Source: Stegostoma tigrinum (lineage: Eukaryota). Taken from it: a DNA stretch of 64,000 nucleotides. The position numbers were made by a program, and so were the translations under genes. The notes under the pieces are model-generated. The model saw only the letters and a program-made list of their open reading frames with translations. It made no database searches and was not told the origin of the DNA. Shown here piece by piece: positions 40,771 to 52,039 of the stretch; within the stretch, counting starts at the first letter, position 1; every line of letters begins with the position of its first letter. The stretch covers positions 83,341,222-83,405,221 of the forward strand of contig NC_081354.1 of assembly GCF_030684315.1 (NCBI RefSeq). The letters run 5' to 3'.

Positions 40771-41074
40771 GCTTTACCTGACTTATGTTTGTTAAAGCTA
40801 CTAGAAAATTCAACATGTTCAGAAGAGGTGGGGTGGGGGGTAAGTCTGTACAAATTTTATGGGAAGATTGGCTATCTACTAAAGACCATTTCTCTTCCAA
40901 TCCTTTAAATGAGTGGAGGGTTACATAGGAATGTCATCAGTTCAGGGGAGCAATTAGTGGGTTCAGTGAATGGGTAGAGTAGTTGAAGTTCTTGGAGACA
41001 ATAAGTTGGTGGGCCCCATAGTTAGTCACTGGCTTACCGCTTAAATTGACAGTAAGGTCAAGTACAGGTGGAAA

Positions 41075-41850
41075 CTATTTTGGAAGGTCAAGTACAGATG
41101 GAAATTATATAGCGAATGGCAGAACCCTGAGAAGTATTGATGTGCAGAGGCTGCTGGGTGTGCAGGTCCAGAGATCACTAAAGATGGCAGTGCAGGTAAA
41201 TAAGGCAGTAAAGGAGGCCGATGGCATGCTTGCCTTCATTGGAAGCAGCATTCCGTATAAGGACAGACAAGTTATGCTGCAATTTTATAGAAATTTAGTT
41301 AGGCCATACTCGGAATATTGCATATAGTTCTGATCACTGCACTGCCAGAAGGATGTGGATACTTTGGAGAGGGTACAAAAAAGTTTATCAGGTTGTTGCC
41401 TAGTATGGGGGATTTTAGCTATGAAGAAATGTTGGAATGACTGGGTGTGTTTTCATGGAACCGAGGTTGAGGGGGTGACCTGATAGAAGTTTACAAGATT
41501 GTGAGTGGCATAGATAGAGTGGAAAGCATGAGGCTTTTTCCCAGAGTGGAGGGATCAATTACTAGGGGACATGGGTTCCAGATGCAGGGGGGGACATTTA
41601 AAAGAGATGTGCGAGGCAAGTTTTTCACACAATGGATGATGAGTGCCTGGAATGTGCTGCCAGAGGAGGTGGTGGAAGCAGACAAAATAGCATCATTCAA
41701 GAAGCACATGGACGAACACATAAATAGGAAGAGAATAGAGAGATATTAATCCTGTTAGTGATGGTAGTTTTGGAATGGAAGGACAAAATGTGTTGGGGTG
41801 CTGGCTTGGAGGACCGAAGGGCTTATTCCTGTGCTGTATTGTTCTTTGTT
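41075..41850 (+). mobile_element. CR1 LINE 3' fragment
   Basis: ORF fragments 41046..41327 and 41501..41749; CR1 3' UTR. Confidence 0.88.
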
Positions 41851-42343
41851 CTCATTCTTTGACAATTCTGGGGTAAATATAAAACAATAGGTCCAGGATA
41901 TGCTGGTTTGTGTTGCCATGAGGTTTTTGGTTCAAAGGTTAAATTAGGCAAACTGGAAAGAAGGCTACCCTTGTCTCTTCATTGTAGTTTGTGGCCCATA
42001 ATGCTTTCCTTTCACTTTTGAGTGACTGTTTTCTGACTGTAGTAGGCATCTGCAAACTTGTTTATTTATACCATTGTATATAATACTGCAAACACATCTT
42101 TCACTAATACTGACTTTCTTCACAATCTCTTGCACATGACTGTGAATATCACTGTTAAATCAGGACCTACATCACCATATTATGTCCGTTCTTATTACAC
42201 CTGAGCCCTCCACATGTCTCTCAATTTTTACATTAACACTATTTAACATTTTCTTTAAATTTTCATATCTACCCCTCAGCCCCTACACGTTGAATCTCTT
42301 TCTATGTTTACAGTTAATCCAATCCTATTCTTATCACCAGTGT

Positions 42344-42865
42344 TCAAGGATGATCGTCTTCAATGATTTTCATAATAGGATTATCATTTTGCAAAGTAAT
42401 CTGTGTAATTATTTCCTCATTATTCCAAAATTTGTTGTAATTATAGTCAATTGTTCTCACTGCCTTGAGTAATAGTAATGCTTTTCCTTCTAAACATTCC
42501 CACTCGAGGTCAAACAATGTCAGAAAATACTTGCTCTGACTTTTTGAGTACTGCTGCCTCTGTGGTATCCCTGCAATCTTGACACTAAAGCAGATGAATT
42601 CATCATTGCATGCCTGGAACTGTATCAATTCTTCCATTCTCTCATTAATGGAATTGAAATCTGCAACAGTCTCTATCCTCTGTATCATGAGGTTGTCATC
42701 AGCAAAATTAACAAAGAGATGCTCCTGAGATGCTACTTGGCCTGCTGTGTTCATCCAGCTTCACACTTTATTAACAAAGAAACCTTGTGTTTCTGCTCTT
42801 TGACATACAGCGTATTGTTTCTTCCATAACTTGCAACACTTAACTGTCTCTGTGTTTTTAAACAG
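42344..42865 (-). pseudogene. Orphan exon-like ORF (152 aa after removing PLE insertion), unknown family
   Basis: Acceptor cttctccttttgcag| at 42866; open frame on both sides of a 63-nt insertion that brings an in-frame TGA. Confidence 0.4.
42718..42769 (+). mobile_element. 52-bp mini-PLE remnant
   Basis: TSD ATTAACAAAGA at 42707-42717 and 42770-42780. Confidence 0.85.
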
Positions 42866-43134
42866 CTGCAAAAGGAGAAGTGTCCGTCAGCAACTTGAAG
42901 AAAGCTTTTTTGTTCAGAAAATGGTTAACACTGTCTGAGAGTCTGGGATGCAGATTTAAACAAAGCATTCAAAAGGGAAATAGACTTACCTGAAAAGGGT
43001 CAGAGCAGCAGAGATATGGGCTGTTATGGTGCAATGGTAGTATCTCTACCTCTAAGCCAAAAAGCTCAGTTCAAGCCCCACCTGCTCCTGTTATTTGTCT
43101 GAACAGATTAATGGGTGGAGGCCAGCAAGGGGAA

Positions 43135-43510
43135 GCAGTCCTGGGTGGAGGCTGGCGCAGGGAAACAAGTCCTGGAGAAAACTTATCTTGGAGCAGTTGG
43201 TAGCCAGAGTGGAGCGGGCTGGAGGTTTACAGCAGAGCAGGGACTTGTTGCTGTACTGGGTTCTGGTGCGGGCAGTTAGACCATATGTGGAAGTCCCTGT
43301 GCTCAGCTACTGTTTATACGACTGTAATGACTATCCTCTTAAGTAGGTCTTATGTCTGTAAAATAACGCAACTATTCTTTTTTATTCCTCTTTTTGTACC
43401 GAAGATTTGTACAAAGGTACTTGTACCTAAGATGGCGCCATAAGAGGAGAAATTGTAAAACTTTTCACTGTACTCTGTATGTTTGTGCTTGAGTATATGA
43501 CAATGAAGGA
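43135..43510 (+). repeat. Non-autonomous repeat with Rex1-type 3' tail
   Basis: Ends CTTTTCACTGTAC...TGACAAT, like 4205-4245 and 50690-50730. Confidence 0.45.
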
Positions 43511-43588
43511 TCTATGCTAATTAAAAGTATCTATTGGGCGAAATGCACATTCCCAAAGTTCATGCAAACATAACAGGTTAAGACTGTG

Positions 43589-43670
43589 GTAACAAAGTGT
43601 GGAGCTGGATGAACACAACACACCAAGCAGCATCTCAGGAGCACAAAAGCTGACGTTTCGGGCCTAGAAC
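43589..43670 (-). mobile_element. PLE pseudo-LTR fragment just upstream of the LAP3 promoter
   Basis: Family A arm sequence. Confidence 0.75.
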
Positions 43671-43699
43671 CAGGGTGATTTTTTCCAAGATGTAGTAAG

Positions 43700-44040
43700 A
43701 AGCAAGAGCGTTGCCCCTCGAAGAAATCACGCCAACAAAAACATCGCCTCCTCTGCGCAGCGACAATATCAGTCCACTGCTGCATTGCCGACAGCTGGCC
43801 AGACATGGCGCTGTGAGCGGAGACTGCAGCATTGCCGGACGTTGGTCAGAGGCGGCGCTGTCCTGGGAGTCGCGGTTTGTGGAAGGCGCGGAGCTGCATG
43901 TTGCTCCTTGCGGTGACCCGGCCGTTTGGTTACTGTTGGGGATGTCTCTCGGTGTTTGTGGAAGGTTGGTGCTTCGGCCCATCTTGAGCAGGAATCTGCT
44001 CCGTTTTTGCCCAGTTACCCGGTCCAGCAGCTATTCCAAG
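43700..44040. promoter_or_regulatory. CpG-island promoter / 5' region of LAP3
   Basis: Sharp local rise in GC and CpG; YY1-like ACATGGCG at about 43803; covers first exon. Confidence 0.7.
43942..44040 (+). CDS. LAP3: Leucine aminopeptidase 3 exon 1 (MSLGVCGRLVLRPILSRNLLRFCPVTRSSSYSK), mitochondrial-presequence-like
   Basis: Lies in CpG-rich island; Arg/Ser/Leu-rich with no acidic residues; ends AAG|gt in phase 0, matching exon 2; donor gtccaa is weak. Confidence 0.7.
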
Positions 44041-44689
44041 GTCCAATTTAATTAACTTGACGGTGTCTTTTGTATGGTTCTGTTCATTATTTTATTGAAC
44101 ATGTTCAGGATTAAAGAAGCGCGAGAGATCATCATAGAATGAGGTTGCACTGATTAGAGGCCATTCGTGTCTGTGCAGGTGCTTTGAGAAAGATATTCAA
44201 CTGATCCAGGTCGCCTGCTGTTTAAAATAGTCTTCCACATTTACGGTATTTATTCAACTCTCCAGAAGTCTTGAGGCACCACATTTTAGGAAGGATGTAA
44301 AATGCATTGGAAAGAGTGCAGAAAAAAAAGAGAATGGTTCTGGGGCTGAATAACTTACGTAAGTTAAATAGATTGGAGAAATTTGGGACTGTTTTCCACA
44401 AATATTGTGAGATTGAAAGCAGATTTAATAGAAATTTTTAAAATCACAAAGTGGTTGGACAGAGGAGATGGGGAGAAACCTTTTCTCTTGATGGAAGGAT
44501 TGAGATCCAGAAGGCATATGGAGGCATAGCTGTTTCGCATCTTCAAATGTTGGGATCTGGAACATACTGCCTGAGAGTGGTGAAGGTGAATTCAGTGAAA
44601 GGATTCAGGAAGGAATTGAAAGGGGAGGCAGTGACCTAGTGGTATTACTGCAAAACTGTTAACCCAGAGACCCAGATAGTAATCTGGGG

Positions 44690-44803
44690 TAATGGGAACT
44701 GCAGATGCTGGCGAATCCAAGATAACAAAATGCGAAGCTGGATGAACTCAGCAGGCCAAGCAGCATCTCAGGAGCACAAAAGCTGACGTTTTGGGCCTAG
44801 ACC
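44690..44803 (-). mobile_element. PLE pseudo-LTR fragment nested in a SINE
   Basis: Family A tail plus arm. Confidence 0.75.
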
Positions 44804-45484
44804 GATTCAGATTGGGGATTCAGATTTGAATCTCACCATGGCAGTTGATGGGATTTGAATTCAACAGAGAATTTTGAATCACTTCATCTGCCTTAGGTAC
44901 CTTACAGTCTTCAGGTATCGATATTGAGATCTTGTGACTGGAAAGTCCTTCAGTAAGAAACAAAGTACTGTGCAGCTCAAGCAACAGCACTAATTTTGAT
45001 CAGTCAGTGTTCAACATGGAGGAATAATTATTTGGAAGAGGCTGTGAGAGGACCAAGGTCACAGAAGATACTTTGGATTAGGATTTGAATGCTCATGATC
45101 AGAAATGGCTTGGCATATCACTGACAACTAACCTGGTTGAGACCTGAAGAACAGACCTAACAGACAGGGTTGATGGCTGATGAGCGAACCTCCTCAATCT
45201 AGTTTTCACAAATATGTCTATTCAGGATATTTTAGATAAAACTGCCCATCATACAGCTGTTATGGAAATGAAGTCATGTCTTCATACAAAGGACATCATC
45301 CTTTTGTTTAGCATTCTCATTGTGTTAAATGAAATAGATTCAGAACAGATCTAGGAGCTCAAAGCTGGGATCTACATGGCACAGTGCATCAGTAGCAGCA
45401 GAGTTGTATTCCAGCGCAATAGATAATCTCGTGGATTGACAAACCCCTCGATATACTTAAAGGTGTCACGAACATTTGTAGCTT

Positions 45485-45592
45485 GGGTTGTGGATAAGGT
45501 TGTAGACATGTTTCCCGAGCCAGTGGGTTCGTTTGCAAATGTTTCATCACCCTGCTGGGTAGCATCGACAGTGCACCTCTGGTGAAGTGTCC
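45485..45592 (-). mobile_element. PLE pseudo-LTR fragment, family D
   Basis: Minus strand CTGTCGAT-GCTACCC-AGCA-GGGTGAT-GAAAC resembles a decayed hammerhead core. Confidence 0.5.
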
Positions 45593-46019
45593 TAGTCTAC
45601 TATTACCATCAAATAAAGAGACCAACCCTGGGTCCATGACAATTGTAGGTAAACATGTCGGGAGCATCACTAGGCACAATTAAAAATGCTGTGTCAACCT
45701 CATGAAATTATGATGTAAGATTACAATCAATAATGCAAGAAGCAGTATATGATTGATAGAGTTTACAGTTGCACATTCAAAGCTCAGTTTTGTCACATCT
45801 CGTTGTGAATAATGGACAACTGATGAGCTATTGGAGGAACAGGCTCCACAAATATCCCTGTCCTTGTGATGGAGAGTGCACCCTGCGGTGCGATAGTTGG
45901 GACTGGAGCGTTTGTAACTATTTATAACCGAATGTGTGGATGATCAAACCTAACCTCGTTTTGAGATCCCCACCATCATAGATGCAAATTTCCAGCCAAT
46001 TTTATTCATTCCACAAGAT

Positions 46020-46630
46020 AAGACTTTAAGATGCAGGAGCAGATGCAGGAGCAGAAGTAGGCATTTGGCGCATCAAGTCTTCTCTGCCATTCAAAAATCA
46101 TAGATGATCTGATAACTTCAGCTCCACTTTTCTGCTTTATCCCTAGAAAATGGACTCCATTACTGACTAAAAATATCTTCTCAGCCTTGAGTATTCTTAG
46201 CCTTGACAGTAGATTCACTGACCTCTGAAAGAAAAGATTTACTCCTCATCTCTGTCTCAAATGGGTGACCCCTTACTCTGAGGTTATACTGTCTGGTCTT
46301 AGACTTGCCCACAATGGGAAACAAACTGTCAGCATATACCCTGTCAAGCCCCCTAATAATTTGATATGTTTCGATAAGGTCTTCTGTAATTCTTCTAAAC
46401 TCCAATATGTACAAGCCCAATGTACTGAACTATTCTTTGTAAGAAAATCTTTCATGTCCAGAATCAAACTAGTCGACCTTCTCTGGATTTCTTCTACTAC
46501 CTAAATATCTTCTCTTAGTTGGAGGGACCAAAATTGCTCACTGTATTCCAGTTATGGTCTGACTAGTATAGTTTTGAACCTTGTATTCTTTTTAGCAAGA
46601 TAGCCCTGTTTTTATATTACATTCCCTTTG
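46020..46630 (-). mobile_element. Old CR1 3' fragment
   Basis: DLIETYQIIRGLDRV. Confidence 0.75.
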
Positions 46631-47193
46631 AAGTACAGTTTGTTTGGCATAATTTGAAGGCGGCTGAGGGTGTTCTTCTCTTCTTCAAAACCTAAAAAGA
46701 TCTCACTGTTGTTACATTACTGTCCAGGCAAGATCTCTGTGTGTAGTGTTGTCTGCTGTGTGCCTCATGTTATGACAGTGATTAAAAGATTGATTTTAAA
46801 AAAAAGCACTGTTAGACCATGTGATGTTGTGAAAGTTGCTGTATAATTGAAAGTTGTTCTTATGCATTTTTCCTTTGTCAGTTTTCGAGGTGTCCCTATC
46901 AATTTAGCAGTCATTTACTCACTGATGTAAACCAGATGTGGAAATTTCGATCTTTCTGGTTTCTGTTCTGTATATTTTTTCATTAAAACATCAGAGAAAT
47001 ATAAGGAAATGTTCAAACTTAAAAATAACTAGAAAACAACACTTAAAATAATAAGTATTTCAGCTTATCTCTTGATCAACGCTTACGTGAATATTTAATG
47101 GTAGAATCATGAAACCAGCTTGAAGTAGAGTGTTCATAAAATCATAGATAATAAAATGTGAGGCTGGATGAACACAGCAGGCCAAGCAGCATC

Positions 47194-48786
47194 TCAGGAG
47201 CACAAAAGCTGACGTTTCGGGCCTAGACCCTTCATCAGAGAGGGGGATGGGGGGAGGGAACTGGAATAAATAGGGAGAGAGGGGGAGGCGGACCGAAGAT
47301 GGAGAGTAAAGAAGATAGGTGGAGAGAGTGTAGGTGGGGAGGTAGGGAGGGGATAGGTCAGTCCAGGGAAGACGGACAGGTCAAGGAGGTGGGATGAGGT
47401 TAGTAGGTAGCTGGGGGTGCGGCTTGGGGTGGGAGGAAGGGATGGGTGAGAGGAAGAACCGGTTAGGGAGGCAGAGACAGGTTGTACTGGTTTTGGGATG
47501 CAGTGGGTGGGGGGGGAAGAGGTGGGCTGGTTGTGTGGTGCAGCGGGGGGAGGGGATGAACTGGGCTGGTTTAGGGATGCAGTAGGGGAAGGGGAGATTT
47601 TGAAACTGGTGAAGTCCACATTGATACCACATGGCTGCAGGGTTCCCAGGCGGAATATGAGTTGCTGTTCCTGCAACCTTCGGGTGGCATCATTGTGGCA
47701 GTGCAGGAGGCCCATGATGGACATGTCATCAAGAGAATGGGAGGGGGAGTGGAAATGGTTTGCGACTGGGAGGTGCAGTTGTTTGTTGCGAACTGAGCGG
47801 AGGTGTTCTGCAAAGCGGTCCCCAAGCCTCCGCTTGGTTTCCCCAATGTAGAGGAAGCCGCACCGGGTACAGTGGATGCAGTATACCACATTGGCAGATG
47901 TGCAGGTGAACCTCTGCTTAATGTGGAATGTAATCTTGGGGCCTGGGATGGGGGTGAGGGAGGAGGTGTGGGGACAAGTGTAGCATTTCCTGCGGTTGCA
48001 GGGGAAGGTGCCGGGTGTGGAGCGAACAAAGGAGTCACGGAGAGAGTGGTCTCTCCGGAAAGCAGACAGGGGAGGGGATGGAAAAATGTCTTGGGTGGTG
48101 GGGTCAGATTGTAAATGGCGGAAGTGTCGGAGGATAATGCGTTGTATCCGGAGGTTGTTAGGGTGGTGTGTGAGAACGAGGGGGATCCTCTTGGGGCGGT
48201 TGTGGCGGGGGCGGGGTGTGAGGGATGTGTCGCGGGAAATGCGGGAGACGCGGTCAAGGGCGTTCTCGATCACTGTGGGGGGAAAGTTGTGGTCCTTAAA
48301 GAACTTGGACATCTGGGATGTGCGGGAGTGGAATGTCTTATCGTGGGAGCAGATGCGGCGGAGGCGGAGGAATTGGGAATAGGGGATGGAATTTTTGCAG
48401 GAGGGTGGGTGGGAGGAGGTGTATTCTAGGTAGCTGTGGGAGTCAGTGGGCTTGAAATGGACATCAGTTACAAGCTGGTTGCCTGAGATGGAGACTGAGA
48501 GGTCCAGGAAGGTGAGGGATGTGCTGGAGATGGCCCAGGTGAACTGAAGGTTGGGGTGGAAGGTGTTGGTGAAGTGGATGAACTGTTCGAGCTCCTCTGG
48601 GGAGCAAGAGGCGGCGCCGATACAGTCATCAATGTACCGGAGGAAGAGGTGGGGTTTGGGGCCTGTGTAGGTGCGGAAGAGGGACTGTTCCACGTAACCT
48701 ACAAAGAGGCAGGCATAGCTGGGGCCCATGCGGGTGCCCATGGCCACCCCCTTAGTCTGTAGGAAGTGGGAGGAGTCAAAAGAGAT
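47194..48786 (-). pseudogene. PLE RT/GIY-YIG ORF fragment (open frame, lacks N-terminus)
   Basis: ORF track 47194..48798; the first few residues come from the inversion junction. Confidence 0.85.
47209..47238 (-). ncRNA. Minimal hammerhead ribozyme core (inverted arm)
   Basis: Exact reverse complement of 49555-49584. Confidence 0.75.
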
Positions 48787-49554
48787 CTTCCCCTGCAACC
48801 GCAGGAAATGCTAAACTTGTCCCCACACCTCCTCCCTCACCCCCATCCCAGGCCCCAAGATGACATTCCACATTAAGCAGAGGTTCACCTGCACATCTGC
48901 CAATGTGGTATACTGCATCCACTGTACCCGGTGCGGCTTCCTCTACATTGGGGAAACCAAGCGGAGGCTTGGGGATCGCTTTGCAGAACACCTCCGCTCA
49001 GTTCGCAACAAACAACTGCACCTCCCAGTCGCAAACCATTTCCACTCCCCCTCCCATTCTCTTGATGACATGTCCATCATGGGCCTCCTGCACTGCCACA
49101 ATGATGCCACCCGAAGGTTGCAGGAACAGCAACTCATATTCCGCCTGGGAACCCTGCAGCCATATGGTATCAATGTGGACTTCACCAGTTTCAAAATCTC
49201 CCCTTCCCCTACTGCATCCCTAAACCAGCCCAGTTCATCCCCTCCCCCCACTGCACCACACAACCAGCCCAGCTCTTTCCCCCCACCCACTGCATCCCAA
49301 AACCAGTCCAACCTGTCTCTGCCTCCCTAACCGGTTCTTCCTCTCACCCATCCCTTCCTCCCACCCCAAGCCGCACCCCCAGCTACCTACTAACCTCATC
49401 CCACCTCCTTGACCTGTCCGTCTTCCCTGGACTGACCTATCCCCTCCCTGCCTCCCCACCTACACTCTCTCCACCTATCTTCTTTACTCTCCATCTTCGG
49501 TCCGCCTCCCCCTCTCTCCCTATTTATTCCAGTTCCCTCCCCCCATCCCCCTCT

Positions 49555-49584
49555 CTGATGAAGGGTCTAGGCCCGAAACGTCAG
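49555..49584 (+). ncRNA. Minimal hammerhead ribozyme core in PLE pseudo-LTR
   Basis: CTGATGA-A-GGG(TCTAGG)CCC-GAAA-C-GTC-AG; palindromic loop-less helix III (ACGT). Confidence 0.75.
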
Positions 49585-50740
49585 CTTTTGTGCTCCTGAG
49601 ATGCTGCTTGGCCTGCTGTGTTCATCCAGCCTCACATTTTATTATCTTGGAATCTCCAGCATCTGCAGTTCCCATTATCTCTCATAAAATCATAGAGTTA
49701 CTTATGGCACAGAAGATCTTTAGGCCCATTAAATTCATGCTGGATTGCTACAGAATAATTCAGTTGTTCCCACTCCCCCTCGTTGATGCGCAAAGCCATC
49801 TTCTGTGCTGAGCAGATTTCTGATTGATAGCTAGCTTGGAATAATAAAGAACATTGTACTACCATTTGGCATTCAGATTCCTACTGTGGCTTTTCTTGGT
49901 TTTATGTCTACCCACCACCAATCTGAAACTCTTCAAGATCTCCAAAGCGGCCTTTACTAACCCCCAATTCTATCATTCCAGTGTTGATCGTTGCATCTCC
50001 AGTTACCTAGGTGGAGAACTCTATAATTTTCTTTATCGAACACTTCGCTTTTTTCGCCTTTTAAAAGAGCTCCTTAAACGAGACTTTAAATTCATTTGTT
50101 GAAGGGCTTGAGTAAGGTTAAATTTATAAATTTGTTGATAAAAGTAAAGTCTGCACCAAATTAATAAAGAAAGGACAGAGTTTAATAAGCAGTGTTGGGT
50201 ATTAGTGACTAAGAGCACGTCAGAGAAGAAAGAAGTAAAGAAGTAAATAGTTGCTTGGGAAGTGCGGTACTTGAGCATTGTTGGTGAAATAATCATTCTG
50301 TTCAAACGTTTAAACTACCACTCATCGGGTCCAATACAAGAATGTTAAATTTCAAAGGGAGTTACAGTTTATATTGCATGAAGGAACGTTCTTGATTTGT
50401 TGACAACGCAATTCTGCTTGTTTGAGATACATTATGGCAGATACAGCAAGGAACTAAAATAAAGTTGCTGTCTAAAAGTTTGAGTAACAGACGAAGCTAG
50501 CCATTTTATACTGCTGCCATGCAATAACAACACAAGTATTTATTTCTACAGCAGGATGCTTCAGTTAGGCAAAAAGATATTTTATCTACTAAACTAATGA
50601 CTAATGTAATCTACAATTTTCAGTGCCAATATGATGCTATGTTCTGAAGTATGATCAGAAATATGGTGCCGGTTTGTGGTGACAAAGCACTTTTCACTGT
50701 ATTTTCTCAAATACATGTGCCCATAAAATCATTCATTAAT

Positions 50741-50860
50741 GGAGAAATGCTGGTGTTGGACTGGGTTGGACAAGGTCAAAAATCACGTCACCTGGTGATA
50801 GTTCAACAGGTTTTCAGATAAACCTGTTGGACAATAACCTGGTGTCATGTGATTTTTGCC
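50741..50860. mobile_element. Palindromic mini-PLE, family C
   Basis: Near-TSD ATCATTC(A/T)TTAAT at 50728-50740 and 50861-50873; inverted arms; related to 56332-56639. Confidence 0.7.
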
Positions 50861-52039
50861 ATCATTCTTTAATTCATTCAATAGATTTGGATTATTAATG
50901 GAAGCTAGTCCATGCCCATATCAGTGATCAACAACAACCTTTATTAAATACTAACAATATATAGGACATGGTAAGAAGGGACATCTCTGGAACCTTACTC
51001 GGATCCTAGTTCTGTGTGATGTCATATCATTACGACAAAGCTTCTTATGTGTGTTAGGATTTGCTATTATTAGAACAAAGATATAGTTAACCTTCTGCTC
51101 CACAGGTGTATAAGCCATATACCATAGTAATTGATAATTGTATTAAACAGTAATTCACTTTGGTTTTTCATAATGAGCAAGCCTACAGCGCATGCTTTCC
51201 AAGCTCAGAATATAATCTCTAACATTAGGTGTGATTGTTCGCTTGAACAGAACATGTTGATTGATCCTGAGTGTGTATTACACTAACATAATTTATAATT
51301 ATTGGTTATGCTTAAAATGTTGCTCACTTATACTTGCTAGAAGCTGCACATGTTCTTACAAAGGCACCTATCCTCTGCAGGTAAAAGGAACGAGAATTTG
51401 TACATCCATTGTTTCTTTTTATAATTAAACAAATTAATATTGGTAGTTTTCTGATATTTGAGAATGCAGCAATCATTTAGTGATGAGTTGCCTTTTTTGC
51501 CGATCAGCAGCTGTTTTTTCATGAAATACAAATTACTGATCCCTTTGAAATTTGGTATTCCTTGTTTTGATCCTGAGAAGCACAAGACAAATTGCTTTGA
51601 CCCCACGATTCTTCTATCCAACAATAAGAAAGTAAATTTGAAGGTACTACGTATAACTTGACAAAATATTCAAAACAGAGCAGATCAGCAAACAATTGGG
51701 CACCATGTGGACCAAGATATGATATGCAGTTCATTTTTTTACTTATCACTGATACCCGCAATCCATGAACAAATGAAGAAACATGCATTTGTGTCACAGT
51801 TAAAGATACACGGGTTTAACTCTATTAACCAATGTTAAGACTTTTAAAACTTATTTTGTGGTGTGTGTGCTGCTGGCTACATCAGCAATTGTTGTCCATA
51901 CTTAATATCTTTCAGAAGGTGATGGTCTTGAACCACTGCTGTCTGTGGTAACCAAAGTTGGGATCTAAATATTCCAGGGTGCTTTACTTGTAGAAAAGAT
52001 AGAAAAAATAGAAAAACAAGTGCGGTCCTGATAAGAGGT

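Larger units (their letters stand above)
47146..49681. mobile_element. Penelope-like retroelement, 5'-truncated, tail-out inverted duplication
   Basis: Minus arm encodes RT C-terminal half (KGVAMG, RYIDD) and GIY-YIG endonuclease (VVYCIHC..C...YIGET..RL..RF.EH); plus arm from about 48787 repeats the EN and pseudo-LTR; TSD TCATAAAATCATAGA at 47134-47148 and 49682-49696. Confidence 0.93.

Noticed and set aside
42255-42352. Alternative APOBEC4-like reading HP(E)...STCRG*
   Set aside because: Needs several edits and gives only about 17 residues between motifs, shorter than in AID/APOBEC proteins.
43020-43090. tRNA-like A/B box sequence
   Set aside because: No complete cloverleaf; looks like a decayed SINE head.
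43711-43941. TTG-initiated N-terminal extension of LAP3 exon 1 in the ORF track
   Set aside because: Non-ATG start from a prokaryote-style ORF caller in stop-poor CpG-island sequence; no support for translation.
47381-49459. Numerous overlapping ORFs on both strands
   Set aside because: Alternative and antisense frames of the GC-rich Penelope element.
51458-51661. ORF with repeated CFDP
   Set aside because: Short, no splice signals or homology; a small local duplication.
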